From contig NC_082714.1 in assembly GCF_030144855.1 (NCBI RefSeq), positions 41,106,001 to 41,170,000 on the forward strand: 64,000 nucleotides of DNA, given 5' to 3'. Position numbers and translations under genes: made by a program. The notes beneath the pieces were generated by a model. That model had not been told where the DNA came from, did not search any database, and saw only the letters and a list, made by a program, of their open reading frames with translations. Positions within the stretch are counted from its first letter, which is position 1. Every line of letters starts with the position of its first letter. The DNA comes from Hypanus sabinus (lineage: Eukaryota). Shown in pieces: positions 39,739 through 54,230 of this stretch.

Positions 39739-41128
39739 GACATTTAAATGCATAAGGGATACAGAGTTTCAAGTCTGTGGCGAAAAAAAAATTACCTTTA
39801 AACTCTTAAGAATCAGCAGTGAAAACCATGGCTACTTAACACAAATTATGGAAAGCTTCAAACCTCGAAAAGAATACACACAATTTCAAATATATACATT
39901 GTAATAGCATGAAAGGAAATTATTTAGCCTGTCAAATCCAGTCCAGCTTTTTGCTGCAGTAATCTAAACCCATTTCCCAACAAATCCTCCATCTCCTTTT
40001 TAAATGTTACAATGAAATGTACCTTGATGAACATGTGACAAATAAACGTGAACAAGAAATTGAATAATTAAGATTATAAGCAGGTCGTTACATTAAATAG
40101 TGAAGGGGAAAATGGCTTGGGGGAGTGGAATGTTAAAGTGAACAGGTGAGGAAATACTGATTATTAATTATGAGGTGTCTAAAGGGGCACTTGGATAAAC
40201 ATAATAAAAGGGCAAAATTAAAATCTAAACAAAGAAAGCTATTGCCCTATCCTAATGATACTAAAGAACCCTCTTCAAAAAAACAAATATGTGCCAGTCC
40301 CCAGTAGAACAATCCCATCTGTCATATCCCCCCCCCCCATTTCCCAATAGCCCCAGAAATCGTACTCATCATTACCTTTTCCCATAAACCTAAATCTGAC
40401 ACATGGAATATAATGTGAAATATAACATTTTCTACTTTGTTGGGAAAAATAGAAATGGTCATTTCAATAGAGAGATGATTATTTGCAGGCACTCCTGGTA
40501 CATGAAATACAATGGTAGCATAAAGATGCAGCACATAATTATAAAGAAATATATGTTAATCTTTATTGCAAGGTAAGTGGAATATACAAGTAGAAAAATC
40601 TTGCTGCAGTTGTCTATGGTTCTGGTAAGACCACACCTAACTGTTATGATCTCATTTAAGGAATAATGTACTTTCCTTGGAAGCTGCACACTGAAGGTCC
40701 GCCTGATTAATTCATGGGTTGAGGGGATTTTCTTAAGAGGAGAAAAAGGAAGATTGGTTTAAACTTTTTGCCATTTAGAAGTGAGATAATCAGAGTGCAA
40801 GACACAGGATCCCACATGGCTTAATAGTGTAAATATATTAAGGTCAGCTCAATATCATTGGGCTGAAGGGCTGGTACTATACTTTTGTGTTCTCTTCCTT
40901 GTTCAGGGCAATGCAAAATAAGATGGGTAACTCAATATAATCAGTTGATCACTTAATACTGAGAAAAGAAAGAAATCCCATTGGAGATTTTTTCTGAACA
41001 ATGAATTATTGAGTTTGTAGAAGAACAAGATTGAGAAGACTGCAAGGAAATCAAGGGTTATGAGCAGCATATTCTAATACTTAAGTATACCAATATTTTC
41101 AGGTAAGTAAGTGAACAAAAAGAAAAAC

Positions 41129-41523
41129 TTTATTTTGTAGCAACCTTCAGTACAGTTCAATAAGCAGTTTTAAAAAGGATTACAGTACTCATAAATGAAA
41201 ATCTAGACGACCATCAAAGATAGTTGTATAATCGGGTAGTCTAAAGTAAATGTTACTGCTATGACATAACTATATAGGTCAAGGTGACTCCAATCACCTA
41301 CTAAAAAGTCATCTGCAGGGCAAAAAACATCTTTCCTTCCAAACCTAAATTACACACAAGTACGATTGTTGCATTACATTCACATCAAACTGCCCTACCT
41401 TCTTAAGACGGTGCTTCAGACTGGGGAGCTTGCTGTCCAACCAATCTGTATGCAATGTTGGGTTCATGTTGGTTTATGCAGTCTACAGTGTTCACAAACT
41501 TCAGTTTTTAAAAAAGTTTTATT
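41129..41523 (-). terminator. Candidate BUD31 polyadenylation signals
   Basis: Minus-strand AATAAA at 41518-41523 and 41129-41134. Confidence 0.45.
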
Positions 41524-41661
41524 TCATTCCAGTCGAAGAGAAAGTTAATTAGAAGCAAGCCACAGCATTTACAGAACATCTTACTATGGTCCATATATTC
41601 TAAATCAGAAATAAGATTGATTGTACATGGACTAAAATCCACTTCATCCAAGAAAGAAAAG

Positions 41662-41712
41662 TTAACCAGAGCAACCTCTGCATCCACAGTGTGTGCACTC
41701 AATAATCCTTCC
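41662..41712 (-). CDS. BUD31: BUD31 last coding exon (GRIIECTHCGCRGCSG*)
   Basis: 51 nt, tttgcag acceptor, TAA; canonical G10/BUD31 C-terminus. Confidence 0.97.
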   Translation of the reverse strand, partial: GRIIECTHCGCRGCSG

Positions 41713-43258
41713 CTGCAAAGGAAAAATAAACAATAAATAAATGACTAAGAACACAATTTCAAAGCATAAATACCGATCAAGGGTAAACTATATATACAGA
41801 CCGTTGCCCCCAACATCTATTCGAGAACCCTGAATTACCTATCCTACCACCCACATTGTTCTGCATTTATTATACCTTGGTCCTTTCACATTTTCTCTAA
41901 GCACAGCCAAGTTTACCAACTCTGCACACTTGAGGCTTGTTTGAATTTGCATCCTAAATATACCAGTGTTTTCTGTGGTTCAAGCTACAACCAAAGCCCC
42001 ATAACAGATTATGTCCTTGCAAGTTGTTCCATCCTACCCCTGACCTCTGCTTCAGGCCAAGTGAGCGCAGTTGCAGCAAATGAATCCAAATTAACACCAA
42101 GCCAAGTTCTTTCCTTTATCTAATCCATTCCAAAATCCCCTCTTTGTATCTACACCTTACCTTAATCCATTCATGACTGAAACACTCATCCTAAGTTAAT
42201 ATTCAGAGTTGGCTGTTTGCAAATGCTATCAAAGTCATCTTAGAGATGCAGCCCAGAAACAAGATTTTGACCCACCAAGTTCATGCCAGGCATTAAGCAC
42301 TCATCTTTACACCAACCCTAGCCTAACCCATTTTAGCCCAACCCCCAGAATCTCCAAGTTATCCAAAGCTCATCACTCTATACTCTACCCATCACAAGGA
42401 AGTACTCCACACTCATCATCTTGATGAGCAAGCACTGGCTCCTGGGTTCCAATACCTCAATTCTAAAATCTTCATCCTGCTTTATAAATCTGCTATTTAT
42501 GCTCTTTCCTATTCCCATCTCTGCAAGCTTCTCCAGCTGATCGTGCGACCTCACTCCTCTTTAATTCACAACTGATGATATGCTAGAATTACAGATTTTT
42601 ATCACTGAAGCAAAGAGCACAGCTGGTTAACGTGTGGGTTCACAGTACATGATTTAATGATATTTCTATTCAACACTGTATTTACACAACAGTACATGGC
42701 AACTGTGGTACACAAGAAAACACCACTTTCTACATTTTTGTCTATGTTTACATCATCAGCAAATGGAAAGGCATTAAAGGAACCTGCTTCAAGGGATATG
42801 CTAATCAATTTAAGGACTTCCAGCGGTGCAGACACTGCATATCCAAAATATGTTATTACAACTGGACTCCAGTAACTGAAATTTTGGCCACAATTAGATA
42901 TGAAAGTACAACATAGGTAACAGGAAAGTTCCTTGCACTCAAAAGTGCACTACAATGCCACAGCATCCTTTCAATTTGTCTTTAATTACTGAAAGCTATG
43001 AGGGGGTGCAGTGGTATCCAACATACACATTTAGTTGGAAACTGTTTCAACCTGAAAAATCCCAAACAAACTTAAAGCTTATTATCTTTTGGAAGTAATG
43101 ATTTTGTAAGCAAATGAACTGTGGATTAAATATTAACTTTGGTAGTTGAAATTATTTCATAGTATCTTTTTAGACAAACTGCTGTTGGATCAAACTCTCT
43201 CATGTTAACAGCTTGGCAAGTTGGAATGTTTTTTTACTAAAAGAAGATGGAAACTCAC

Positions 43259-43425
43259 CACTTCAAGTTTGCTTTTTGGAACTCTACAGATGCAGTTAGT
43301 TCCAAAGTTGGTGTCTCGGGTTTGAATACAACGAAGACAACACAGGTTTTCATAGCCTTGCTTCTTCCACTTGGCAATCAGATTCTTATCAGCATATCCC
43401 TCCCTTATGCAATAATCATAAAGCT
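43259..43425 (-). CDS. BUD31: BUD31 coding exon 3 ([33 protein letters not shown]...KLEV)
   Basis: 167 nt, ctctag/gtgagt. Confidence 0.98.
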
Positions 43426-43889
43426 CTAGAGAAAAAGATTGTGATGTTACCTGAGGTGCCATTTATAAAACAGCCAATAACAGAGGATATAAATGATATG
43501 TTTAAGTTCCTTAGAAAAATTTAAACAATTAGAACTTTGCAGTGCAAATTAGATTTGCCAAAACAAACATCCTACAGACAGTGGGTTTACTCTCTCTAGC
43601 ATGACAAACCATTTATAAGCCCTATGAAATGCCACTCATTTTGTAAACTTTCAAATCTCAAAAACTTTTTCCTCACTTGCACAAATAATTGTAAGTCACA
43701 AAATAAAAGCAGTATTGTAATTTTTGAAATACAGACTGAACATAACACTCATTAAATTTTAACAACCCAGGGGGAAATTTAATTAGTTCTACTGCACACT
43801 GTCGTAGAACCACTTGTACCCTATAAAGCACCATTATGGGCAAGAACAAAACCAACAATTCCAAATTCAATGCATAAATAGAACATTTT

Positions 43890-44790
43890 AAGCACCTAGT
43901 ATGTAGACTTCAACACAATCATACCCTCAGTTCTAAACAAAACCTGAGCCTCTGTCCCTCCCTCTGCAACTGAATTCTTCACTTCTTCACCAGGCCAGTC
44001 TGTGCAGATTGGAAATAACATCATCTCCTTGCTGACAATCAACACTCACACTTCCAAGGGAGTGTGCTTAGCGCAGTGCTCTACTCTCTCTATACCCATG
44101 ACAGTGTGGCTAGGCACAGTTCAAATGTCATCTATAAACTTGCTGCACCACAACTATTGTTGCAGAATTTCAGATGGTGACGAGAAGACGTACAGGAGTG
44201 AGGTAGATCAGCTGGATCAGTGTTGTGACATCAACAACCTTGCACTCAACGTCAGTAAGACCGAGGAATTGATTGTGGACTTCAGGAAGGGCAAGTCAAG
44301 GGATCAAAGTGGAAAAGGTGAGCAGTTTCAAGCTCCTGGGTGTCAACATCTGAGGATGTATCCTGGCACCAACATATCGATACAATTACAAGGAAGATAC
44401 AACAGTCGCTATATTCCATTAGGAGTTTGAGGGGAATTGGTAGGGCAAAGGAACTCTCAAATTTCTACACATACCATGGAGAACATTTTAATTGGTTGCA
44501 TCATTGTCTAGCATGGAGGAGTCTCTACACAAGATCAGAAAAGACTGCAGAAAGTTGTAAACACTGCCAGCTCCATCATGGGCACTAGTCTCCCCAAAAG
44601 GAGCTGCCTCCAGCATCCATCAATAAGGACCTTCATTACCCTGGATATGCCCGCTTCTTATTGCTACCATCAATGAGGTGGTACAGGAGTCTGAAGATAC
44701 ACACTCAACATTTCAGTAACAGCTTCTTTCCCTCTGCCAACAGATTTCTGAATGGACAATGAAGTCATGAACACTTCCTCAGATATTGTG
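43890..44790 (+). mobile_element. Rex1/Babar LINE 3' portion
   Basis: NNLALNVSKT RT remnant and 3' segment aacagcttctttccctctgcc. Confidence 0.8.
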
Positions 44791-45868
44791 TGTGTGCGTG
44801 TGCAAGAGAGAAAAATAACTTACAAGATACTTCCTGTGTTTTGAGTGTTTGTGAAACTTTTAAAATGTAGCATATTTATATAAAATAAGAGGAGTTGTAA
44901 AAGTAAGTAAACTCCCTTTGTCAGTTTGGACCAAAAAGAGCCAAATAACAAGCTATAATTTGAGAGCTCTAAAATGATGCAGCAAGATATCAAGTGAATA
45001 ATTGCTGCTGGTTCCAAAGGACAACCCAGGTATTACATCACAATGAAACCAACGGGATATCGGCCCAGTCAATACTGTAATGTTCTCCATACAAATATCT
45101 GGAGTTGCTGACCTACAGAATATTTAATCGACGCCGTGCCAAAAATAAGATAGTATAACAGGTGAACATTAAAGTATCAAACTTTGTGAATCCATTATGT
45201 TAAGGTACCAGGTAAGCAACAGATCAAAGCAAGTCTCAGTTGCTCTATTAAATCCAAATGAGAATCATTGTACTGTCCACATCAATCAACATTCCCATTC
45301 TAAACCAGCAAGAGTGTAGAAGGAAACACAAAGTATTCTGCCTTCTTTCAAGACTTTTCTCCATTTTCTTAAGCTAGGCAGATAGGTAAACTATAGTCCA
45401 GGTGTAGTTGGAGCTTGAAGGTGGTTTTATTGATCACCAATGTGTTACAATATGCAAGAAGCTGAATAAAAGACAGTAGTTCTGCATTCTCACAAAAGAT
45501 TCAAATATTGAATAAAATTCCTTTGCCTCATAAAAACAGGCCATCGACAAGAGTGGGAATGTCATGAACACAAAACTTCTAAGGAAAAGATGCTGTGGCA
45601 AGGCTGCTATTCTGCAAAAGACCAAATGGATTTTTTAAATTCCAAAATAAATTGCAATGAACCTGGGTGGAAATTTATTTGGTTGTAGTCAAGTCTCTTT
45701 TCAGCAATTTAACTATTGATTATATACCAACATGAAATAGATTCAACTGAACAATTTTGCTTTTAAAAACATAAGTATTTCACTTTGAATAAGGAAATTT
45801 CCAATAGTTCACAAATGTATCCATACAGCAAATATTAGTGGTAAAAGTGTACTATTTAATACTTATAC

Positions 45869-45991
45869 CTCTGCTAATCGCCTTTCTCTTGTAGAAGAGG
45901 TCAAATATGTAACGTGTTCGCTGGTGATGGAGTCTGAAGATAGGCCACAGTGATTCTACCTTCCTCTTCCCTTCATGCGGCTCTGTCTCAG
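45869..45991 (-). CDS. BUD31: BUD31 coding exon 2 ([41 protein letters not shown])
   Basis: 123 nt, tttgtag/gtataa. Confidence 0.97.
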
Positions 45992-46056
45992 CTACAAAGA
46001 AAAAGTTAAATTAATTTAATAGAAACTCAATCTAAGTTCAGACATTTCTTTGTATC

Positions 46057-46145
46057 ACGGTGCTGTCTGTAAGGAGTTTGTACATTCTTTCTTTGACTGC
46101 ATGGCTTTCCTCTGGGTGCTCTGCTTTCCTCCCACAGTCCAAAGA
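46057..46145 (+). mobile_element. V-SINE central domain fragment
   Basis: ggagtttgtacattct...tttcctctgggtgctctgctttcctcccacagtccaaaga resembles the V-SINE core. Confidence 0.7.
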
Positions 46146-47329
46146 AGATAGCTTACAGTTGTTCAAATGAAAAATAACTCTCATTTATTCTCTACATCTT
46201 TAGTCCACAAATTTGAATCCACAACTTGTTTGTTAAGTCACTTGCTAAAGAGTATTTTTTCCAGATCCACTCTTTAGAAGCCTTTCATTGGGAATTTTTC
46301 AGGTTTTCTCTCAACTTCCTCCACTTCAAAGACAACTATATTCACCTTCCCAGCTCTCTCCATTATGGAATTTCCTGATAACATCCTGCTAAACCCTCCT
46401 GTACACTCTTCAACACCTTTGCATCTTTCTTGTTCTCTTGCAGCCTAACAATTTATAAAGTCTAGCCTTCTTTTCTTTGCATTTGTATTCTACTTCTGTT
46501 TATTAATTTGCCTAACTTACAACTTACCCAAAGTTGAGATATTCACCAGGGTTGTACAAGATGAGGAAACGTCTGTGGAACTTTTTGACTATAAGATCAG
46601 TTCCCCTGATGTAACCAGGCATTGGGTCAAACACAGGAAACTCCCTCTAGTAAGCATACACACCCACCCTCAGCTGGCGATTCAGCACTCAGCCAATGAG
46701 GAAAGTGCTTGTGATAGTATGGACACACTGTATGCTCTGGGTGGTCAACTTCAAATGTCTATTATCGAGAACAGCTCTATTGCCCTTTACTCACTGAACT
46801 CTGAGCTGACGACAGATCAAACATCTCATCCCCATCAATCTACCTGTTACAAACGAACATCTGTTTCAGCAGACGCACCAGTGACCCGCAAACAAAGCAA
46901 ATCTTTAAAAGAACGATGTTGCATTACTAACATACTAAGAAGGTGGATTCAGAACAAATCTGGGAATGTGCAAGGTGGACCTGCAGCAGAACTGTATCAC
47001 CCTAGTGAAACCAGATAGGTGGAAGAGATGATAGAAATGTTTAATAGTCCAGTCAGCATCCGTGGAGGTACTGAGTTGACATTCAGATCACTGATCTTTC
47101 TTTACTTCTGGACCGCCAGCACCACGGACAACCCGAACAGCTGATGGAAGTCATCAAAATACCCCATTTTAGTCTGGTATGGCGGAGAACCATAACTGCA
47201 TATATAATGTGTACGGACAGTGACGAAGTTTCATTGCAAGAGAACAATTACTGCTGCTTATAACAGACAGAAATCGACCAGACTGTGACCAGCACACTGT
47301 CCCTTTCAGAAGCCGCTGGCAAAAGAAGG

Positions 47330-50065
47330 TTCAACATGCTGGTCTGATGGTGCCTTAATAAAAACACAAGGGTTTTGACTCCCAAAACCAACTATCTTGC
47401 TGGCAAATGCAGTCTCTGGTAAATAAAACTGACGATCTCAGAGCTAGGGTGGTGTATCAGAGGGACGCAAGGCCCATGTGTGTCCCTTATTTTACGAAAT
47501 CTTGCTTAACCCCTTCCATGCCAGTTACAACAATTCGAATAGAATTCACAGTTCATTGTCAAGATAGGTTGGTCGAGTCTCTCAAAAGCAGAGGTGGAAG
47601 TGTATGCCTCACAATCAACTCTTCAAGGTGTAGTATTGTGTTGCTGACATCCCAATATTGCTCATCAGACTTGGAACGTCTCATAATTACATGCCGGCAT
47701 TTTACCTGCCACGAGAGATTTCTGTGATCACTTTGGTAGCGGTGTACATTCCACCTCAGGCCAGTGTAAAACAGGGTCTAGATAATCTGAGCAATGGGAT
47801 CAACATGCGTGAAACAGCACACCCTGATGCCTTTACTATCACCTTGGGGAATTTTAACCAGGCCAGCCTGACAAAGTCACTAAATAATACAAGTCATCCA
47901 TAGTACTGGGGAAATAACACACTGGACCACTGTTACACCAAATTCAAGAGTGCCTATCATGCTATCACACGCCTACACTTTGGTAACTCTGATCAGCTGC
48001 TGGTAATTCTACTTCCTAAGTATAGGCAGAGACTAAAGACTGCAGCACCGGTTGTGAGGACCAAGAAGGCATGGACCAGGGAGGCACAGGAGCGCCTACA
48101 GGATTGCTTTCAATCAGTGGACTGGACTGTGTTCCGGGAGTCATCTTTGAGCCTGGATGAGTATGCCAGTCGTCACCAACTTCATTAAAACCTGTGTGGA
48201 TGAGTGTGTGCCTACAAAACCTTACTGTACGTTTCCAAAGCAAAAGCCATGGATGAACCAAGAGGTTTGTAGTCTGCAAGGGGCTAGATCTGTGGCATGC
48301 AAGTCTGGAGATCCAGGTCTGTGTAAGAAAATCAAGTGTGACATGCAGAGGCCATTTCAAGAACCAAGAAACAACTCCAGGAGAAGTTAGAAGTGACAAA
48401 AGAGGCACATCAGCTCTGGCAGGGTTTGCAGGCCATTACTTCCCACAAAGCAAAACCCAGTATCACAAATGACAGCGATGCTTCACTGCCAAATGAGATC
48501 AATGCCTTTTATGCATCCATTGAAAGGCAGAATTAATGCACCGTTATGAGTACACCTGCTGCACCCAGTGGCCCTTCGATCTCTATCTCACAGGCCGATG
48601 TCAGGCTGTCATTCAAGAGGGTGAACCCTCACAAGGTGGCAGGGGCTGATGGAGTACCTGGTAAGGCTATGAAAACCTGTGTAAACCAACTGTTGGGGGT
48701 ATTCAAAGACATTTTCAACCTCTCACTGCTAGTCAGAAGTTCCCACCTGCTTCAAAAGGGTAACAATTATACCCAGTACCCAAGAAAAGTAGTGAGCTAC
48801 CTCAATTACTATCACCCAGTAGCACTCACATCTATGGTGACAAAATGCTTTGAGAGGTTGGTAATGGATAGAATCAACACCTGTCTCAATAAGAACCTGG
48901 ACCCACTGCAATTTGCCTGTCGCCACAGTATGTCTATGGTAGATGCAATCTCACTGGCTCTCAATGTGGCCTTGGATCACCTACGTCAGGATGCTGTTTA
49001 TTGTTATAGCTCAGCTTTTAACACCATCATTCCTACAGTTCTGATCAAAGAGCTCCAGTACCTGGGCCTCTGTGTCCCCTTGTGCAATTGGATCCTTGAC
49101 TTCCTAACCAGAAGACCACAATCTGTGCGGTTTGGTGATAACACCTCCTCCTTGCTGATGATCAACACCAGCGCACCTCAGGGGTGTGTGCTCAGCCTAC
49201 TGCTCTACTCTCTGTATACCCATGACTGTGTGGCTAGGCACAGCTGAAATACCATCTATAAATTTGCTGATGATACAACCATTGTTGGTAGAATCTGAGA
49301 TGGAGATGAGAGGGTGTACAGGAGTGAGATATACCAACTAGTGGTATCTTGCACCAAAAAGACTAAAGAGTTGATTGTGGGCTTCAGGAAGGGTTGGGTG
49401 AGGGAGCACAAATAAGTTCTCTCAGAAGTGGAGAGAGTGCACAATTTCAAGCTCCTGGGTGACAATATCTCTGAGGACCTACATAGATGCAACGTATTGA
49501 TGCAGCTATAAAGAAGGCAAGACAACAGCTATATTTCATTAGGAGTTTGAAGAGATTTGGTTTGTCAACAAAAACACTCAAAAAGGTTTACAAATAGAAA
49601 CTGGCTAAACCACTATATGATATGGGGGGGGGGGGGGTCTACAGCACCAGATCAAAGTAAGTTGCAGAAACTTGTAAGATTAGTCCGCTCTATCATGTGT
49701 AATGGTCTCTATAGTAACCAACGGAGTAGTGCCCTAGGAAGGTGGCGTCCATGATGAAGACTCCCACCACCCAGGACATGCCTTCTTCTCCTTATTACCA
49801 TCATGTAGGAGGTACAGAAGCCTGAGGGCACACACTCAGCGATTCAGGAACAGCTTCTTCCCCTCTGCCATCCGATTTCTAAATGGACATTACTACTTTT
49901 TATGTTTGTATTTTGCACAACTTACTTTAACTTAGCTATTTAATACACACATACATACTTACTATAACTCAGTTTTTTTCTCCATATTCATCATGTATTT
50001 CATTGCACTGCTGCCATCCTGTTAATAAATTTCTGGATATTCGCCGGTGATACTGAATTTGATTC
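47330..50065 (+). mobile_element. Near full-length but degraded Rex1/Babar LINE
   Basis: Endonuclease (VYIPP, GNFN) and RT (PQGCVLS, KFADD) remnants with many stops; 3' UTR. Confidence 0.88.
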
Positions 50066-50179
50066 AACTGAAACGTCAATCGCGTTTCTCTCTCCAAGGA
50101 CACTGTGCTACCTGCTGACTAGTGCCAGCATTTTTCTTTTTCATATTTGCAGTATCGGTAATACGTTTTAACGAAATAT

Positions 50180-50545
50180 AGCCGGAGCAACCCACCCACC
50201 TCCCTCGCTCGCAGACCAGCCCGGGATCGGAGGGTAGCGCCTGGCTGGTGAGTCGCAGGCCGGGCCGTCTGCCCCCGATGGTACTGGCGTAGGCTCAGTG
50301 CCCCCTCTCCCACCCGAATCTCACTCACCCTCCCTCATTTTCTGGTCCAGCTCGTCGAGGGTGGGCTCGATCAGCTCCCAGCCGTCAGGGGGAGGTTTGC
50401 GGCTCCGCTTCACTTTCGGCATCTCAACCGTTCAGGAACCTGCTCATCCGGGCACCGCCGCCGCTTCCCGGTCCTGGCGCAGGCCGTCGCACAAATAACA
50501 CGTCCCGCTCCGTCATAACTAAGCGATTTCATCTCCATGCCGGAG
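50180..50545 (-). promoter_or_regulatory. BUD31 CpG-rich promoter / first exon region
   Basis: High CpG density; ETS-like GGAAGCGG on the minus strand near 50461-50470. Confidence 0.65.
50329..50422 (-). CDS. BUD31: BUD31 coding exon 1 ([31 protein letters not shown])
   Basis: ATG at 50422-50420, gtgagt donor; 94 nt; spliced CDS 435 nt = 144 aa. Confidence 0.97.
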
Positions 50546-50629
50546 TTGCCCCTGGAGACTGGACAGGGAGTTTTTTTTTGGGTGAGGAAACCCTTAAATT
50601 ATTGTAGTGCTGTACTACCCCGATACCCA

Positions 50630-51660
50630 TATAAGACACGAGAACGGAGTTAAGCCGTTCAGCCCATCGAGCCTGTTCTCCCATTCCATCATGACTGATT
50701 TGTTATCCCTCTCAACCCCATTCTGCTTTCTCCTCGTAATGTTTGAACACCTTTGCCAATCAACAACAGTATACCCAATGACGGCTTCCATATCTGTAGC
50801 AATTAATTCCACCCATTCACCACCCTCTGGCTAAAGAAATTCCTCCTCATCTCGGTTGTCCCTCTACTTTCAGGCTGTGTCCTCCGGTCCTAGACTCAGC
50901 CACAATAGGAACCATCCTCTCCACAACCGCTCTGTCTAATCCTTTCAATATGTGATAGGTTTCAATGAGATTCCCCCTCATTCTTCTAATCTCCAGCGAG
51001 TACAGTTCCAGAGCCGTCCAACACACTTTTCATTCCTGCAATCATTCTTGTGAGCCTCCACGGGAGAAGCTCGCAAAGTTCTTCTCTTCCTTCAAAGTCA
51101 AGTTCTCATGGTGAGCAGAAGATTGAGAAAAAGGGTCTCTCACCCAGGGCCTTGCATCAGAAATTAGGTTGAAAGTTCTGAGCAGCAGCTATATTCATTT
51201 GATTTGCCAATTTGCAGGGAAATTGAATCACAGAGCTTTACAGCAGAAAAGATAATCTTTTGGCCTATATGGAGAAGTCTGAAGCCAATCCTGTTGCTAT
51301 TTATATGATTTAAGACCATAAGATATAGGAGCAGAATTGGGCCATTTGGCTCATTGAGTCTCCTCTGCCATTTCATCATGGCCAATCCATTTTCCCTCTC
51401 GGCCCCAATCTCCTGCCTTCCCCCCTGTATCCCTTCATGCCCTGACTAACCAAGAATCCATCAGCCTCTGCCTTAAATATACCCAATGACTTTGCCTCCA
51501 CAGCCACCTGAGGCAACAAATTCCACAGATTCACCACTGTCTGGCTAAAGAATTTCCTTCTCATCTCTGTTCTAAAAGGATGTCCCTCTATTCTGAAGGA
51601 TGTGTTCTCTGGTCTTAGACTCCCCCACCATAGGAGTCGTCTGCTACACATCCACTAGGT
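50630..51660 (-). mobile_element. Two CR1 3'-end fragments (about 50630-51060 and 51310-51660)
   Basis: ataagacac/ataagatataggagcag tails; RRKFFSQTVVNLWN motif. Confidence 0.8.
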
Positions 51661-52948
51661 CGCTTGCTTTCTCTCCTTTGTAACACAAGTTCATCTACTT
51701 TAGATATTTGTTGGGACCTCCCTGAAAAAATGGCAATACCCTGCACTTCTGCCATTTTATGTGATAAACAATAAAGGGATTTGATAAGATTTTAATCAAA
51801 GATTGCGTGGGATAACAGGTGGGATCCAAATGAGATCCCGAGTTAGCTTAATGGCAGAATATTAATTGTTGATGTGTTTGTATGAAAATAAGACTGTTAG
51901 TGGTATGGTTCTGCAGGGCTTAGTATTTACTACCTTACTTTTATTGCCCAGACTTCAATGTTGTAGAAAGATTGCAGATGATACAAAAAGTTGTATGGTG
52001 CAGGCAGATAGGAACTGGGCAGGAAGTTACAAAAGGAATTCAATCTAGAAACGTGTGAGGCAATGCACTGAGGGGATGGAGCAAGGCGATGGAATGCAGA
52101 GTATGGAGGGACAAAGTACATTGGAATGAATATTCTCAGGTCATCAAAGGCAGCAGCTCAAAATAATTGCACGTTTCATGCCTTGTACGAACAGCTGAAG
52201 CTTTCTCCTCTCTGTACTGAGCAATTTAATATGAATTCCTAGTGCTGTTTATTGGTTGAGGTATGAACTAAAAGAGCAAGAGGTTATGCTGGAATGGAAT
52301 ATAGTTGAAAAGTAATAAAGGCGGAAATGATCATTACATTTAACAAGGTATTTGGATGTGTATTTGCAGAACTCTGGATCAACAGACATGAACTTGATGG
52401 GCTGAATGGCCCCCTTCCCTCCATACTATAAATAATTCCATTCTACGTTGTAAATAGAAACTATGCACTTTTAAAATGAATAAATACTTGCAACGTGAAA
52501 GAGGCAGTATGATAAGAAAGCCTGCTTATATGCACAGGACCCAATCATGCTCTTCTGTGTAAATTCTACATTTCATTATCTGCGGCTGAAATTTCTAATG
52601 CTTAGCAAGAGTTGTTAATAGTTACAGAGATACGGATTAATTTTGTGGGTTTGCAGTATGACTGGGTTTTGAAAAGAAACACTAGAAATGCAGATCAGAG
52701 CCTACCTAAGAAAAATTAAGTTGTCAATCTAGAAGCAATTGACAACTGAAATGTACCGAGCTTCCAATTGAGACAGAGTTTTACTACTATTGTTTCACAC
52801 AATATTGATTTATCAGGGTCAGCAATGAGGTGGAATAAGTTTATTTAGAACTGCCATTATGGTGTAGAAAATAAGTTGCAAAGCCTCATTTCAGACATTG
52901 AAATTTTGTAAGCGAAAGTGAACTTATCTAGTGTGATACCTCGTTCTG

Positions 52949-52963
52949 TCAGCAGATGGCGGC
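52949..52963 (+). promoter_or_regulatory. Candidate CTCF site
   Basis: TCAGCAGATGGCGGC fits CCASYAGRKGGCRSY except position 1, in non-repetitive AT-rich DNA. Confidence 0.5.
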
Positions 52964-53653
52964 ATTGCCACATTAATATTAATTTAGCAATTTTGTATAA
53001 TCCTGACTGACAAGATCAAGAAGGCCATATAGCAAATGCAAAATAACAAAGCTTCAAGAGCTATCAGTATGCCCACTAAAATTTTAAAACTCAGAACTGA
53101 AGAGCTTCACAAATCTGTTGTTTCTTTGTTCAATGGGAAGAGGAGATATTTGTGGGGACCTCAAAGATTCTGTGATTGTGACCATCTTCAAGTAAGGAGA
53201 CCACTACAGGGGAAGTCCTCCCTAAATCTTCTTGTTCATGGTTGAAGAACTACTCCCTGCATCCATCCATCTAGAGGCACAATAGATATAGTCTTCACCG
53301 AATAACAACTCCAAGAATATTGTGGGGAGCAGCAGCTACTATAATGTTCTTGATGGACCACACCAGAAACTTTGATACCATCGATTCACATGGACAACAC
53401 ATTGCCCAAACAAAACTGATCTCTATCTTACATTTACTTCACAATAACAACCAGAGGATCTACTCGATAAAGAATGGTTTCACACAAGGTAGTGCCATTG
53501 CCCAACACTTTGCACCATTTTTCCTGCCATGATGATGCCCCTCCAAGAAATTTTCCAAAGGAGTGCAGCTAATCTTTAGAGCTAATGAGGAATGGTGACT
53601 ACATTCTAGAACTGTGATAAAACAAACTTCAATAATTAAGCACAACAATGAGA

Positions 53654-53802
53654 TCTCTCTCTCTCTCTCTCTTTCTTTCTTCTATCTCCTCTCCCCATCC
53701 ATCTCCCTCCCTTTCTCACTCTCCCTCCCCCTCACCTCTCCCACTCTCACTCACTCTCCCACCCCTCCCCCCTCTCTCTCTATCTCTATCTCTATCTCTA
53801 TC
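53654..53802. repeat. CT-rich and (CTATCT)n microsatellite / low-complexity tract
   Basis: (ct)n, pyrimidine tract, (tatctc)n. Confidence 0.9.
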
Positions 53803-54230
53803 TGTAGTGCCAGACTAGACTTGCCGCAGATCTAGCCTTCAGCAGATGACATACCTCCTGCTTCATCCACAGCTTTTGGTTTGGGAATGTACAGTAAAGT
53901 CTTTGTAGGCACACACTCACCCACACAGGTTTTAATGAAGTCGGTAACAGCTGCAGTGCACTCAGACAGATTCGAAGCTGAATCCCTAAATACGGTCCAG
54001 TCCACCGACTCAAAGCAGTCCTGTCAGCGCTCCTGTGATTCCCTTGTGCAAATCTTCTTGGTCCTCTCTACTACTGGTGCTGGAGTCTTCAGTCTCTGCC
54101 TATACTCAGGGAGTAGAAGTCCAGCCAGGTGATCAGACTTCCCAAAGTGAGGGCGTGCAATAGCATGGTAGGCACTCTTGATGGCGGTGTAACAACAGTC
54201 CAGAGTGTTGTTTCCTCTGGTATTGATGGT
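53800..54230 (-). mobile_element. Rex1/Babar LINE internal fragment
   Basis: FPNQKLW and FGKSDH remnants on the minus strand. Confidence 0.75.

Noticed and set aside
46575-47018. 147-aa ORF antisense in BUD31 intron 1
   Set aside because: Non-ATG start, no recognisable domain or splice support
197-50422. Minor-spliceosome (U12) introns or intronic snoRNAs in the three genes
   Set aside because: All donors read are GT with U2-type context; no convincing box C/D or H/ACA structure seen by eye, though a covariance-model scan was not possible
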